Shown piece by piece: positions 45,055-55,246 of a stretch of DNA of 64,000 nt. A program made the translations under genes and the position numbers. Numbering within the stretch: position 1 is the stretch's first letter; each line of letters starts with the position of its first letter. This DNA is from a bacterium. Its GTDB lineage: Bacteria; SM23-31. The stretch lies in assembly GCA_965249485.1 (NCBI GenBank), contig OZ252239.1, forward strand, positions 3,008,001 through 3,072,000. The letters are read 5' to 3'. The notes under the pieces are model-generated. The model ran no database searches, was not told the origin of the DNA, and saw only the letters and a list, made by a program, of their open reading frames with translations.

Positions 45055-45078
45055 AAACAACTTGTTTTTAAGAAACTA
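45044..45078. repeat. perfect 17-bp inverted repeat with 1-nt spacer at kbl/MATE convergence
   Basis: TAGTTTCTTAAAAACAA-C-TTGTTTTTAAGAAACTA. Confidence 0.9.
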
Positions 45079-45096
45079 AACATATATTCTGAATAT

Positions 45097-46443
45097 CTAC
45101 ACATTTATCTGCTTCCATTTTCCGCTGATGAACATCGATGTCATGATTATGCCATAGAGAAACATATAGAGAGCCAGACTCGCCCACGCACCTAAAATTC
45201 CATACCCCAGAGTAATCCCAAGTAAATAAGCGATTGGTAGAAATATGAACCAATTCACACTAACTTCTGCAATCATGACAAACCGAGTCATACCTGCTCC
45301 CCACAAGCAATAATTGAAAATAATTCCGAACGCGTCGATAAACTGTACAAATCCTATAAGCCTAATAACACCTGTCCCCTTTTCCACAATAGCAAGATCG
45401 GGCGTGAATATCTTCATGATTAATTCAGGAATTGCAATAAACACAATACCCATAGTCCCCATTACATAGACACCAAGTTTCACCGACTCCCAGCCAAACC
45501 GTTCTGCAAGATCATACCTTTTTGCCCCAAGATTCTGTCCAACAAGTGTTGCTGCTGCCACTCCTATTCCGGATCCCGGCATAAAACTCATCGACATAAT
45601 CGATATACATACGGTACTTGCAGCTAGTTCAACTGTACCTATCATTCCGAGAATTTTAATAAACAATAAAAAACCTATAAATGTAAAAAACTTCTGCATC
45701 ATAACTGGCAGACTAATTGACGTAAATTTTTTAAGAATCGAAAAATCGAGAGCGATATTTTTATAGAGTCCATATTTACCCTTAAACTTGCCGGACAAGC
45801 TGTGTATTATCAGAATACCAACACCGACATAGGTACTTATTGTAGAAGCAAGTGCTGCACCTGTAACTTCCAGTCGTGGAAATCCCCAGTTTCCAAAAAT
45901 CAAACAGTAATTCAAAGCAATATTTACTACATTGACTATAACCATTGCACGCATTGAGATTTTTGTTTTGCCGATTCCATCAAAAAAACCTCTGTATACG
46001 GCAATGAGACCATATGAAAGAACCTCTAAAAATCGAATCGAGACATAGGTACTGCAAAGCTGTTCTACGAGTGGATCATTTGCCATAAATTGTGTAACAA
46101 GCGGGCCAAGCACAAAACCTGCTAATGAAATAAGCACCCCAATAACAAACAATGTTAGTAGAGATCCATTGACATTGCTCCCACAACCGGCAAATTTCTG
46201 TTCTCCATATCTTCTGGCTGTAAGTGTCTGGATTCCGACATTCAGGGATCCGTACGATTCTGTAACAATTAGAACAATATGAGCACCGAGGCCCGTTGCA
46301 GCCAACGGTACTGCACCTAACCGTCCAACCATTGCTACATCAGCGAGACTCATGATTGTTCGTGATAGCATTGCGAGCACAATAGGCAGTGCAAGAGCAA
46401 TTACTTGTTGACTATACTTTCTATCTGGAAACAATCTTTTCAT
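45097..46443 (-). CDS. MATE family efflux transporter
   Basis: LALPI, D.AMVGRLG, LIFG.WGFPRLEVTGAALA, VGQNLGA. Confidence 0.93.
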   Translation of the reverse strand: MKRLFPDRKYSQQVIALALPIVLAMLSRTIMSLADVAMVGRLGAVPLAATGLGAHIVLIVTESYGSLNVGIQTLTARRYGEQKFAGCGSNVNGSLLTLFVIGVLISLAGFVLGPLVTQFMANDPLVEQLCSTYVSIRFLEVLSYGLIAVYRGFFDGIGKTKISMRAMVIVNVVNIALNYCLIFGNWGFPRLEVTGAALASTISTYVGVGILIIHSLSGKFKGKYGLYKNIALDFSILKKFTSISLPVMMQKFFTFIGFLLFIKILGMIGTVELAASTVCISIMSMSFMPGSGIGVAAATLVGQNLGAKRYDLAERFGWESVKLGVYVMGTMGIVFIAIPELIMKIFTPDLAIVEKGTGVIRLIGFVQFIDAFGIIFNYCLWGAGMTRFVMIAEVSVNWFIFLPIAYLLGITLGYGILGAWASLALYMFLYGIIMTSMFISGKWKQINV

Positions 46444-46640
46444 GGTTATCTATAGCAAATAAGTATGATTTTTATTGTTCAAAGCTGCTGCAAAACTAAG
46501 TTTTTACTGATTTTATGCCGAAAATTAGAATGAGCATTATCCTTGAAAATCAGGACTAATATAGCAATTACAAGTATCATTTACAAAAATAAGGTATGCA
46601 GAACGGGAACTTTCTCGCTTTGTTAAATCGTACTATTACT

Positions 46641-49086
46641 ATGCAGCGGCCCTTTTTACTATTACTGATTCTCTCTGCTTTCATTGCATCTTGTGCAACG
46701 GAAAGCAGCGTACGGATACTCCGCCAGGCTGAGTATAATGTCCTACAAGGGACACCGGATCAATTTGACCATATAGTGCAGATATTGCTGGAAGACAGTG
46801 AGGCTTCACGAGATGCTGCTTACACTCTCGGCCGCCTTGGTGATATGGCGAGCTATACCGTACCTGATGCAGGTTATCAGAAATGACAGACGTGCATCGG
46901 AAGAAGCGATTAGAGCACTTGGAATGATAGGCGATACTCGTGCTGTACCGGATTTAATTCAGATAGTAAAACTCGATAAACCGCATGCCTTGATCGCGAT
47001 CGAAGTTCTTGGCCAAATTAGAGATCCTAGGGCACTCCCAATTTTGCTGACAGTGGTCGAAGAAGATCGTCCCTATTCCTTCACCGCTATTGCCGGTCTG
47101 GGTGAAATCAGGGACCAGAATGCTTCAGATTTGCTCATAAGAAAGCTCAAAGAAAGTTCTCAAGCCCGTCCGGAAGCAATTCAATTTAGAATTGTTCAGC
47201 AGGAAGATGAATCTCAACATTTATTGTCATTTGAAGTCCCCTCAAATTTGCCACCTAAAATTGAAATCACTGATAGAATCATGGACCCTGAAGGACAGAT
47301 ATTGTTAAGATACATCCTAAAAGACACAGAGCTCGATTCACTTGATATAGTAGCTGAATATTCAGTAAATAGCGGAATGAATTGGCATGCTGCGTCGACA
47401 GAAGGAAATTTGACCTCGATTGTTGATCAAAACTATACAGGGAGCGTCGTCTGGAGAGCTGACAGTGACATTAATCTTGATATGGTGCAACCGGATCAAT
47501 CTGCCGGATTGCTATTTAAACTGACACCAATCGATAAACAGCCAAGACCCCGCAATGGTGTGCCTGCAATCTGGAACTTCGGTGTTGACACTACATCAAT
47601 TGACATTGCAGATATAGATGTTGAAGAGGAAGGTGATGTTTTACTGCGATTCTATTACCCCAACCCTGCACGTGCCGCTCTCGATAGTTTTGCGTACCAT
47701 TACTCTATTGATCTGGGTTCCAATTGGAATGCTGCTACTGTCAGGCTTGGAGCCGGAATTACAGATGCTTCGCGGGATTCCATGTATATAGTTTGGTCAA
47801 CAGACATCGACATTCCTAATCAGGATATAGACGAAGTTTTATTTCGAATATCGGCTAATAAGGGAAATACGTACGGAAATTTCTACATTTCCAGGCCATT
47901 TCATATTGACAATAATGTTATCCCCACAGTTAGTTTCAGTGATTTTAATGAAGATCAATATGGCATATTTCATATCGGTTACACCATTAGCGATATGGAA
48001 GATGATCCGGTTTCACTCGGTGTCCAATATTCGATCGATCAAGGCAGAACATGGCGACAGTCTACCATTTCCGGTGACCTGTCGACTATAACTTCAGCAG
48101 GTTACACTGGTATTGTCAAATGGTATTCCGAATTTGATATAACCGAGTTTACCGACATTCCAATTCGGCTCCGACTGCGCCCTTCGGACAGAGATCCCAG
48201 TCTTTTTGTCGATTCGCCTGATTTTTACCTCAAGAATTCGGATTTTACAAAATTGACACAAGGTTTAGGAAGCGGTGTTGTCGAGGTGGCTTATTCAATT
48301 GCCCAGAGCGATTCTTCAAAACCGATTGCACAATACTCTATTGACAGAGGAAGGACATGGAGAAATGCTACGTTACCTGATGTAACAGTCAACGAATTGG
48401 CTGACAGAAAAAACGTTACAATTAATTGGGATGTCGGTAGCGACATTGTCTCATATCTGCAGCGTATAGAATCGATTGGAAAAACAATTGAGATGATTCA
48501 AGATCCATCAGTGATTCCCGATCTTTTACTGCTTTCGCGACAAAAATCGAGTCCTTACCGTGAAAAACGCCAGCAAGCTGTTGAAGCTATCCGCATTTTG
48601 GAGAAAAGGGAACCCTGGGTTATTGATGGTGTTTTACAGTCAATGATCCATCCTGATCCGGCAGTACGCTCGGGTGCAATTAGTATTATCAAAACTGTTG
48701 ATACTCCGGAAGCTGCTACAGCAATCTCCGATTATGAAAAATTCTGGAATGATTATTCCAGACGGGATCGGGAACTGGTATCTTTTGAGAGTGAGTTTGA
48801 AGAACAATTATATCAAGACAATTTAAGAAAACCGATTCCGTTTGACATAGACGAGATCTCCAGTAACTTTATGCGCTGGTGGGGAATAAGCAAAACACAA
48901 GCAGACGCACTGATAAAAGATTTAGACGTTTTGAGAGAACAGACTGAGCTGGCCAGGTTGTTCAGGGAAGGTTTTATAACAGAAAATGAATATTGGGATA
49001 GACTGGAACAAATTCTTACGCAAGCACGTGAAAGGAGACTACTTGAACGAAGACAAGTGCAGCAGAGTAACCAGCAAGAACAATAA
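46641..49086 (+). pseudogene. HEAT-repeat lipoprotein with four YSxD/NxGxxW beta modules, +1 frameshift near 46847
   Basis: lipobox IASC; removing one base gives LGRLGDMRAIPYL (HEAT consensus) and joins 46596..46886 to 46798..49086 (814 aa). Confidence 0.8.
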
Positions 49087-49093
49087 CAGTTGA

Positions 49094-50032
49094 TCAAAAC
49101 CCTGTTGTCAGGGTTATCCGTTGGAGATCTCCGATCACACCAAATGAATTATAAGAATAATCTAAAGTATAACCTTGCCATTGGAATCCGAATCCAAACG
49201 ATGCACCCGCGAAGGGTCCTCCTTCATCATTAATTTTTTGATCCGGTCCATGAGAATCATACCCTACTCTTCCGGTAAACGAATCCGAAAAGGCTAATTC
49301 GCCACCACCGACTACTTGAAATTCTCCATCGAAGAACTGACGGAACTCAGTGCTAATCAAAAGAGGCAAATGAGCAAGTTTTTTTGTAAGCCCTGCTTTG
49401 GCAACTGCCGGCACGCTTTCTTTAGTATCAACAAATGCACTCGTTACAAATCCAATATTTGCAACACTCATACCGATAGTGAGCATGTATTCAGGAATTG
49501 CATAAATGACACCACCATCAAACGCAACCAACGTTGATGAAAAATCATCAATGTTAGAGTAGAGAAATTTGCTGTTAATCCCATAATAAATATTTGATGA
49601 GTATTCATTGGCATACCCAGCGACAAATACGGCATCCTGTGCCGAGAATGACGTAGTTGGTGCTCCACTACTATCTCTACCATCAAATGAACCATAGTTG
49701 ATATAATTTATCCCAAAGGCATATTTGCTTTTCAACCCGGATGGAAAAGCATAGATAATACTCCCCGCTTTAAAATCAAGCAAATGATCTATGTAGGTTA
49801 ATCCTACCGTTTTCTTTTGTATACCAATCAGACCGGCAGGATTATAAAATAAAGCATGTATATCTCCCGTCATTCCTACAAAGGCACCCGACATTCCGGA
49901 AGCTCGTGCGGATATATCGGTTTTGAGAATTTCATAACCGTCCAGTTGGGCAATTGCTCTGTCCGGAACGATTATTTGACCATAGATACAAAAACATGAA
50001 ACAAGAATTAGAATTATGTGATATCTCTTCAT
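49094..50032 (-). CDS. PorV/PorQ-family (T9SS-associated) outer-membrane barrel
   Basis: SARASGMSGA, FYNPAGL, YINYG.FDG.D, HLPL, C-terminal F. Confidence 0.8.
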   Translation of the reverse strand: MKRYHIILILVSCFCIYGQIIVPDRAIAQLDGYEILKTDISARASGMSGAFVGMTGDIHALFYNPAGLIGIQKKTVGLTYIDHLLDFKAGSIIYAFPSGLKSKYAFGINYINYGSFDGRDSSGAPTTSFSAQDAVFVAGYANEYSSNIYYGINSKFLYSNIDDFSSTLVAFDGGVIYAIPEYMLTIGMSVANIGFVTSAFVDTKESVPAVAKAGLTKKLAHLPLLISTEFRQFFDGEFQVVGGGELAFSDSFTGRVGYDSHGPDQKINDEGGPFAGASFGFGFQWQGYTLDYSYNSFGVIGDLQRITLTTGF

Positions 50033-50113
50033 TAAAGAGCCTTTTTTCTTAACCGATTTATACAATATACACCATCTTTAGGATTTCTATTCCTGTAAAA
50101 CGGGAAAACGCAA

Positions 50114-50959
50114 TCAATAACCACTCCAATTAGAAAAATCATAATTTTCATAAGCGTCACAACGTGAACATAAATCAATTTCGTCCCTTTTTCCCTCATT
50201 GAGTAATTGTTTATACCTTTGAATTACAGATCCGCTCCAGATTTCATCTATCGTCTGTTCTTTTATATCGCCAATAATGCCACGTTCTTGAAAATCCCAG
50301 CAGCATAATACAGCTCTGCCGTCTACAATAAAGAACATTTCATCAACAATTTTCGGACAAGGCAGTTTGACCGATTCTGTCTGTCCCATCCAAGGCCATT
50401 TGTATAGTTCCGTTATGGTAGCCTGATCAGCATACTTATTCCAATAGGTTACAAATTGTTCCTGCTCGTGCTTATTGAAGTCAATATCGATCATTCGTAT
50501 CTCAATAAAACAGTCATTTTTCAATCTATTACGCTCATTAATAAAAAAATGGACATCGTCAACGACTTTCTCGTAATTCATGCCTCGGCCACTCTTTTTG
50601 TATGTTTCGGGAGAAAAACCGTCAACACTAAACCGGATCCAGTCAACTCCTGCATTCAATACATTAGGAATCATTTCCCTGTTTACAAATCTTCCATTGG
50701 AGTTAAGCTCGATTTTTGCCGTTTCATCTTTACGGATATAGCTGATTATTTCAGCAAGGCGCCGGTCAACAAAGGGCTCATTCACAAGAAAAGGACGGTA
50801 TAAAACGCCTTTGCCTCTGCTTTCATCAATAATCTTTTTCCATACATGCTCTTCCATGTAGTTTGGACCACGTGTCAGCTCATTCTGTGGACAGAACATG
50901 CATTCACTGTTGCATAGCATTGTTGTTTCAATTTGAATTATTTTGGGGAATAAAATCAT
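50114..50959 (-). CDS. radical SAM protein with SPASM/twitch domain
   Basis: CNSECMFC, NEP, C-terminal PC..CC.D..IGDI..IW..CSRC. Confidence 0.88.
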   Translation of the reverse strand: MILFPKIIQIETTMLCNSECMFCPQNELTRGPNYMEEHVWKKIIDESRGKGVLYRPFLVNEPFVDRRLAEIISYIRKDETAKIELNSNGRFVNREMIPNVLNAGVDWIRFSVDGFSPETYKKSGRGMNYEKVVDDVHFFINERNRLKNDCFIEIRMIDIDFNKHEQEQFVTYWNKYADQATITELYKWPWMGQTESVKLPCPKIVDEMFFIVDGRAVLCCWDFQERGIIGDIKEQTIDEIWSGSVIQRYKQLLNEGKRDEIDLCSRCDAYENYDFSNWSGY

Positions 50960-52244
50960 AAAGTTCTCGCAATTGATAGTATATTTTGTCGGTCGCACCG
51001 AGATTGTTCTGAATTAATTTCTGGGCTTTCCTGCCTGCTTCTGTTCTTTTTGAATTATTATTAAGAAATTCGCTCACAATGTCGGTAATGTCGCTGCTGT
51101 TTTTAACTAAAAAACCGCCGCCACACAGTATTAGTTCACTTGCTTCTAACGAGTTAAGATAATTTGGTCCAAAGAGTACCGGTTTACCGAGAATTCCCGG
51201 TTCCATTACATTGTGGACACCGGGCCCAAAACTGCCGCCAACATAGGCAATATCCGATTTCGTATACAATTTCGCCAATAACCCGACACTGTCTACGATC
51301 GTTACGCGGATTCCGTTATCGCCGTTGTGCAAAAATTTGCTCAACCTTTTTGACGGAATGTTTGCTTGCTCGAGAACTGCTTCAATACCTTTTAAATACC
51401 GCTCTTTCGGTTCATGGGGTACGAGGATCACTCTGAGTGTTTGATATATTCCCAATAATTTCTGAACAGCCGGCAGAAGATGCTTTTCATCTGATGGCCA
51501 GGTACTACCGGCAATCAAAACATTGATATTATCACTTTCGAATATTGGAATTTCGTTCGATTTCAGCGCATTTTGTCCCCGTAGATATACCTGATCAAAC
51601 CGTGTATCTCCTGTTACCACCATTTTATTGGGGTAAGGAAAAAGAAGAAGCATCCGATCTCTGTCCAGCTCTGATATGGGGAACATAAAAGAAAAAGTTG
51701 AATAAAATGACTTGAAAAAATTTCTAAAAACAGGGAATATCCTCAACGAGTTTCCCGGCAGCGTTGCATCGATAAGGATAACCTTCACCTGTAAAGCATG
51801 GGCAGCATAAAGATGATTCGGCCAGATATCGTGTTTTGCGACAATCCACAAATCGGGTTGTATTGTCTTTAAAAATATTTTCGCTCGGAAATAACTGTCA
51901 AATGGCAAATAAACTTTTAGATCGACATCTGCTGATTCTTTTAAAAAATTGTAACCTGACGGTGAAAAAAATGCGACGACAACATAACAAGTTGGATCGT
52001 TCTTTTTAATCTGTTTGATTAAAGGAAGAGCCTGCTCCCATTCACCGACCGAAACACAGTGAAATAAATACCGTCTCCTGTCGTCAGCCACATCCGAAAG
52101 AGCTTCTCTGATTCGCTTGTGTTGATTCTTTCTTCCGGCAATACCATCTGCAATTTTTTTATTAAAAAAACGGGCAATTTGATAAAAAACATATTGCACG
52201 GGCACCGCTAAAATATTATACAGAAGAAACCACATTTTTCCCAA
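50928..52244 (-). CDS. waaA: Kdo transferase
   Basis: HCVSVGE, YLPFD, GDTRFD, AGSTW, VGGSF..HNVMEP. Confidence 0.92.
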   Translation of the reverse strand: MGKMWFLLYNILAVPVQYVFYQIARFFNKKIADGIAGRKNQHKRIREALSDVADDRRRYLFHCVSVGEWEQALPLIKQIKKNDPTCYVVVAFFSPSGYNFLKESADVDLKVYLPFDSYFRAKIFLKTIQPDLWIVAKHDIWPNHLYAAHALQVKVILIDATLPGNSLRIFPVFRNFFKSFYSTFSFMFPISELDRDRMLLLFPYPNKMVVTGDTRFDQVYLRGQNALKSNEIPIFESDNINVLIAGSTWPSDEKHLLPAVQKLLGIYQTLRVILVPHEPKERYLKGIEAVLEQANIPSKRLSKFLHNGDNGIRVTIVDSVGLLAKLYTKSDIAYVGGSFGPGVHNVMEPGILGKPVLFGPNYLNSLEASELILCGGGFLVKNSSDITDIVSEFLNNNSKRTEAGRKAQKLIQNNLGATDKIYYQLRELYDFIPQNNSN

Positions 52245-53298
52245 TATTGTTACCCGTTTGATGGTTTTCAGACAAATAGAGTTGTTCGGCTGCTTTTATA
52301 ACCTCATCCGGCTCTATGCCTTTCATACAATTAAAATGTCCTTTCGGACATTTATTTTTTCCATTATGTGTGCACGGCCTGCATGACAGGCTTTTCTCAA
52401 TTACAAAACTCTTCTCAGGAAACGGAAAATAACCGAGTTCCTGAGAAGTCGAACCAAAAAGAGCCACAACAGGTTTTTTTTGAGACTGTGCAATATGCAT
52501 TAATCCGGTATCATTCGTAATAACAATTGTACTTAGTTTTAGCAAGGCGGCAGCTTCCATCAACGTAAATGCACCTGTATAATTCCATACCTTGCTCATC
52601 ATCTGATTTTGAACAGTTTCACACTCCAATCGATCACTCTCTCCACCGAGAATTATAACATTGGACTGATAGTTATTGCAGAAATAATCTCCGACTGCTG
52701 CAAACCCATCCGGCATCCACCGTTTTGTTGAATATCCTGCTCCAGGACAAAGCACCACAGTGGGCCGGTCGATTCTCAAACCGTCTCTTCCACAAATGGT
52801 TCGAACTTTTTTCAATACATCTGAAGGAACAACAATTTCAGAACCATCCTGATCCGGAACAATGTTCAAGGATGCGAGAGCATGAAAATACCTTTTAAAA
52901 ATTGGTGCTGCTGGCTTAAACCTGTTAATACGCAACCAAAGGAGTAATGATCTTTTCCAATATTCCTTTTTGTATTGTAGAACGACCGAAGCACGAGAAC
53001 CCATACATAAATAAACACTCCGCAGATTTTTGTGCAAATCTATTAAATACGTATACTGCTCTTGTTTAATTATCTGCTTCAGTCTCCATAGCTCTTTCCA
53101 TCCTGCCGTATGATCAAACGCAATGACATTACTCAAATGCGGATTGGTTTTCAAAAGATCAACATATTGAGCTTTTACAATAAAATCAATTACTGCATCG
53201 GGATATGCTTTCCTGACCGCTCGAATTAAGGGAGTGGTCAATACTATATCACCGATTGAACTTAATCGGATAAGAGCTATTTTCTGCATTTCATCCAC
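52216..53298 (-). CDS. waaF: GT9 heptosyltransferase II-like
   Basis: RLSSIGDIVL, PGA...KRW, NDTGLMHIA, ALFGST, CRPC. Confidence 0.85.
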   Translation of the reverse strand: MDEMQKIALIRLSSIGDIVLTTPLIRAVRKAYPDAVIDFIVKAQYVDLLKTNPHLSNVIAFDHTAGWKELWRLKQIIKQEQYTYLIDLHKNLRSVYLCMGSRASVVLQYKKEYWKRSLLLWLRINRFKPAAPIFKRYFHALASLNIVPDQDGSEIVVPSDVLKKVRTICGRDGLRIDRPTVVLCPGAGYSTKRWMPDGFAAVGDYFCNNYQSNVIILGGESDRLECETVQNQMMSKVWNYTGAFTLMEAAALLKLSTIVITNDTGLMHIAQSQKKPVVALFGSTSQELGYFPFPEKSFVIEKSLSCRPCTHNGKNKCPKGHFNCMKGIEPDEVIKAAEQLYLSENHQTGNNIGKNVVSSV

Positions 53299-53310
53299 TC
53301 TTTTTGAAAC

Positions 53311-54285
53311 CTACTTACTCCGGTGTATCATATAGTCGGTTACATTGAGTAATGAAGTCTTATAATCAGAATCGTCAAAGTCTGATAATTCGGCACAGGC
53401 TTCCTTCGCAAGATGAGCAACATTCTTGGAAGCGTATTGAACACCACCGTTATCCCGTATAAAATGTATTATTGTTTTAATATCCGACCTGGATGGATTC
53501 TTTTTTACCTTCTTAAGGATCCTGCTTCGTTGGGAATTACCTACTTGCTTAAGCGCATAGATCAAAGGAAGCGTTATTTTACCATTTTTAATATCCGTTC
53601 CCCGCTTTTTCCCAAACACTTTCTCTTCACCCTCAATATCAAGGAGATCATCCTGAATTTGAAACGCAAGACCTATTTTTTCTCCAAACAGTTTCAATTT
53701 TTCTTCCTGCTCTTGAGATGCTGAAACCGAAATTGCACCGAGCTGCATACTCGCTGATATAAGTGCTGCCGTTTTATCACCTATTATTTGAAAATAGTCC
53801 TCTTCCGATAAATCCTTCTTACGGCTTTTTATCAGTTGTGCTATTTCACCTTGACTCATCCGTGCACTCGATTCAGATAATATATTAATCGCCGCAAGGC
53901 TGTTCAGCTTAACTGCCGTTGTCAGAGATCTTGCAAGTATGTAGTCCCCCACTAATACGGAAATCTTATTTTTCCATATTACGCTTATGGTCGGGCCGCC
54001 CCGTCGGACAGTCGATTCATCAACAACATCATCGTGAATGAGCGTCGCATTATGGAGCATCTCCACTAAAGCGGCTGCTCTAAACGTTTCCGGTGTCAAA
54101 TCACTACACACTCTTCCTGCAAGAAGCACGAGCAGAGGACGCAGCATTTTTCCTTTTTGTTTAATGAGATGGTTTGCAATAATGTTGATCACTCTTACTG
54201 GCGAGTGGAGCAGTTCGGCAATTGTCTCCTTGACCGTAATCATTTCACCAGCAACAGGTCGTATAATCTCATTTAAACTATGCAA
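53311..54285 (-). CDS. ispB: polyprenyl diphosphate synthase
   Basis: GKMLRP, HDDVVD..RRG, KTA, FQIQDD. Confidence 0.9.
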   Translation of the reverse strand: MHSLNEIIRPVAGEMITVKETIAELLHSPVRVINIIANHLIKQKGKMLRPLLVLLAGRVCSDLTPETFRAAALVEMLHNATLIHDDVVDESTVRRGGPTISVIWKNKISVLVGDYILARSLTTAVKLNSLAAINILSESSARMSQGEIAQLIKSRKKDLSEEDYFQIIGDKTAALISASMQLGAISVSASQEQEEKLKLFGEKIGLAFQIQDDLLDIEGEEKVFGKKRGTDIKNGKITLPLIYALKQVGNSQRSRILKKVKKNPSRSDIKTIIHFIRDNGGVQYASKNVAHLAKEACAELSDFDDSDYKTSLLNVTDYMIHRSK

Positions 54286-54358
54286 ATCAGAATCTATTAA
54301 GTTGTTTTTACTGAATTAAAAGCGTTTAATTTACTTGATTTCATAATATGATGCAACG

Positions 54359-55210
54359 TTATTCATCATCCTGAACACTTTTCTTGGCGGTAATCCTAAC
54401 CAGGACTATGCTCAATTCATATAATATCCACAACGGGATAGCGAGTGCAAGCTGTGTGATAAAATCGGGTGGAGTCAAAACCGCACCGAAAACAATTGCC
54501 CCGAATATTGCATGCCTTCTGTATTTTGACATCATTGCATGATTTATAATTCCTAATTTCCCTAAAAACATAGCAACAAGTGGGAGTTCAAAAACTATCC
54601 CGAATACTATCATCATCATCGTCACGAAACTAATAAAATCGTCAATTGTCCATTGCGCTCTAATCGATTCGGTTTCAAATCCGAGCAGAAAGGCTAAACC
54701 GAAAGGTAGTACGACATAATATGCAAATAGTGCGCCGGAAACAAAACATAATATTGTAAACAATATTACAGGAAACACATATTTTTTTTCGTTTAAGAAC
54801 AGACCCGGAGCTATAAACTGCCAGAATTGAAATGTCAACACAGGGATACTAAAAATGAGAGCGGCAAAGAATGAAACTTTGAGGTGTACAATAAAACCTC
54901 CGGTCGGCCGTAATATCTGGAGTTGCCCTCCCGGATTCGGTTTTGTTAGAAAATAAAGCAATTCACTTGAAAAGAAATATGCCACAAAACTGAAGGATAC
55001 TATCACACCGATACAGATGAATAACCGTTTCCGTAACTCCTCAAGGTGCTCAGTAAACGGCATGTATTTTTCCTTTTGCTTGCTACCTTTTGAATCCGAT
55101 TTTCCGGATGTACTGTCATCACTATCGGCTCCGCTTTTCTCAGCACTTTTGTTATTTACATTCTCGTCCGCAGGTTGCGAATTTGCTGCATCTTTATCTT
55201 TTTCTGCCAT
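54359..55210 (-). CDS. tatC: twin-arginine translocase subunit
   Basis: HLEELRKRL, FIAPGL, FELP, LTPPD. Confidence 0.96.
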   Translation of the reverse strand: MAEKDKDAANSQPADENVNNKSAEKSGADSDDSTSGKSDSKGSKQKEKYMPFTEHLEELRKRLFICIGVIVSFSFVAYFFSSELLYFLTKPNPGGQLQILRPTGGFIVHLKVSFFAALIFSIPVLTFQFWQFIAPGLFLNEKKYVFPVILFTILCFVSGALFAYYVVLPFGLAFLLGFETESIRAQWTIDDFISFVTMMMIVFGIVFELPLVAMFLGKLGIINHAMMSKYRRHAIFGAIVFGAVLTPPDFITQLALAIPLWILYELSIVLVRITAKKSVQDDE

Positions 55211-55246
55211 ATATGTAAAGAATCTTTCAATTATTCTGAATAGTTA

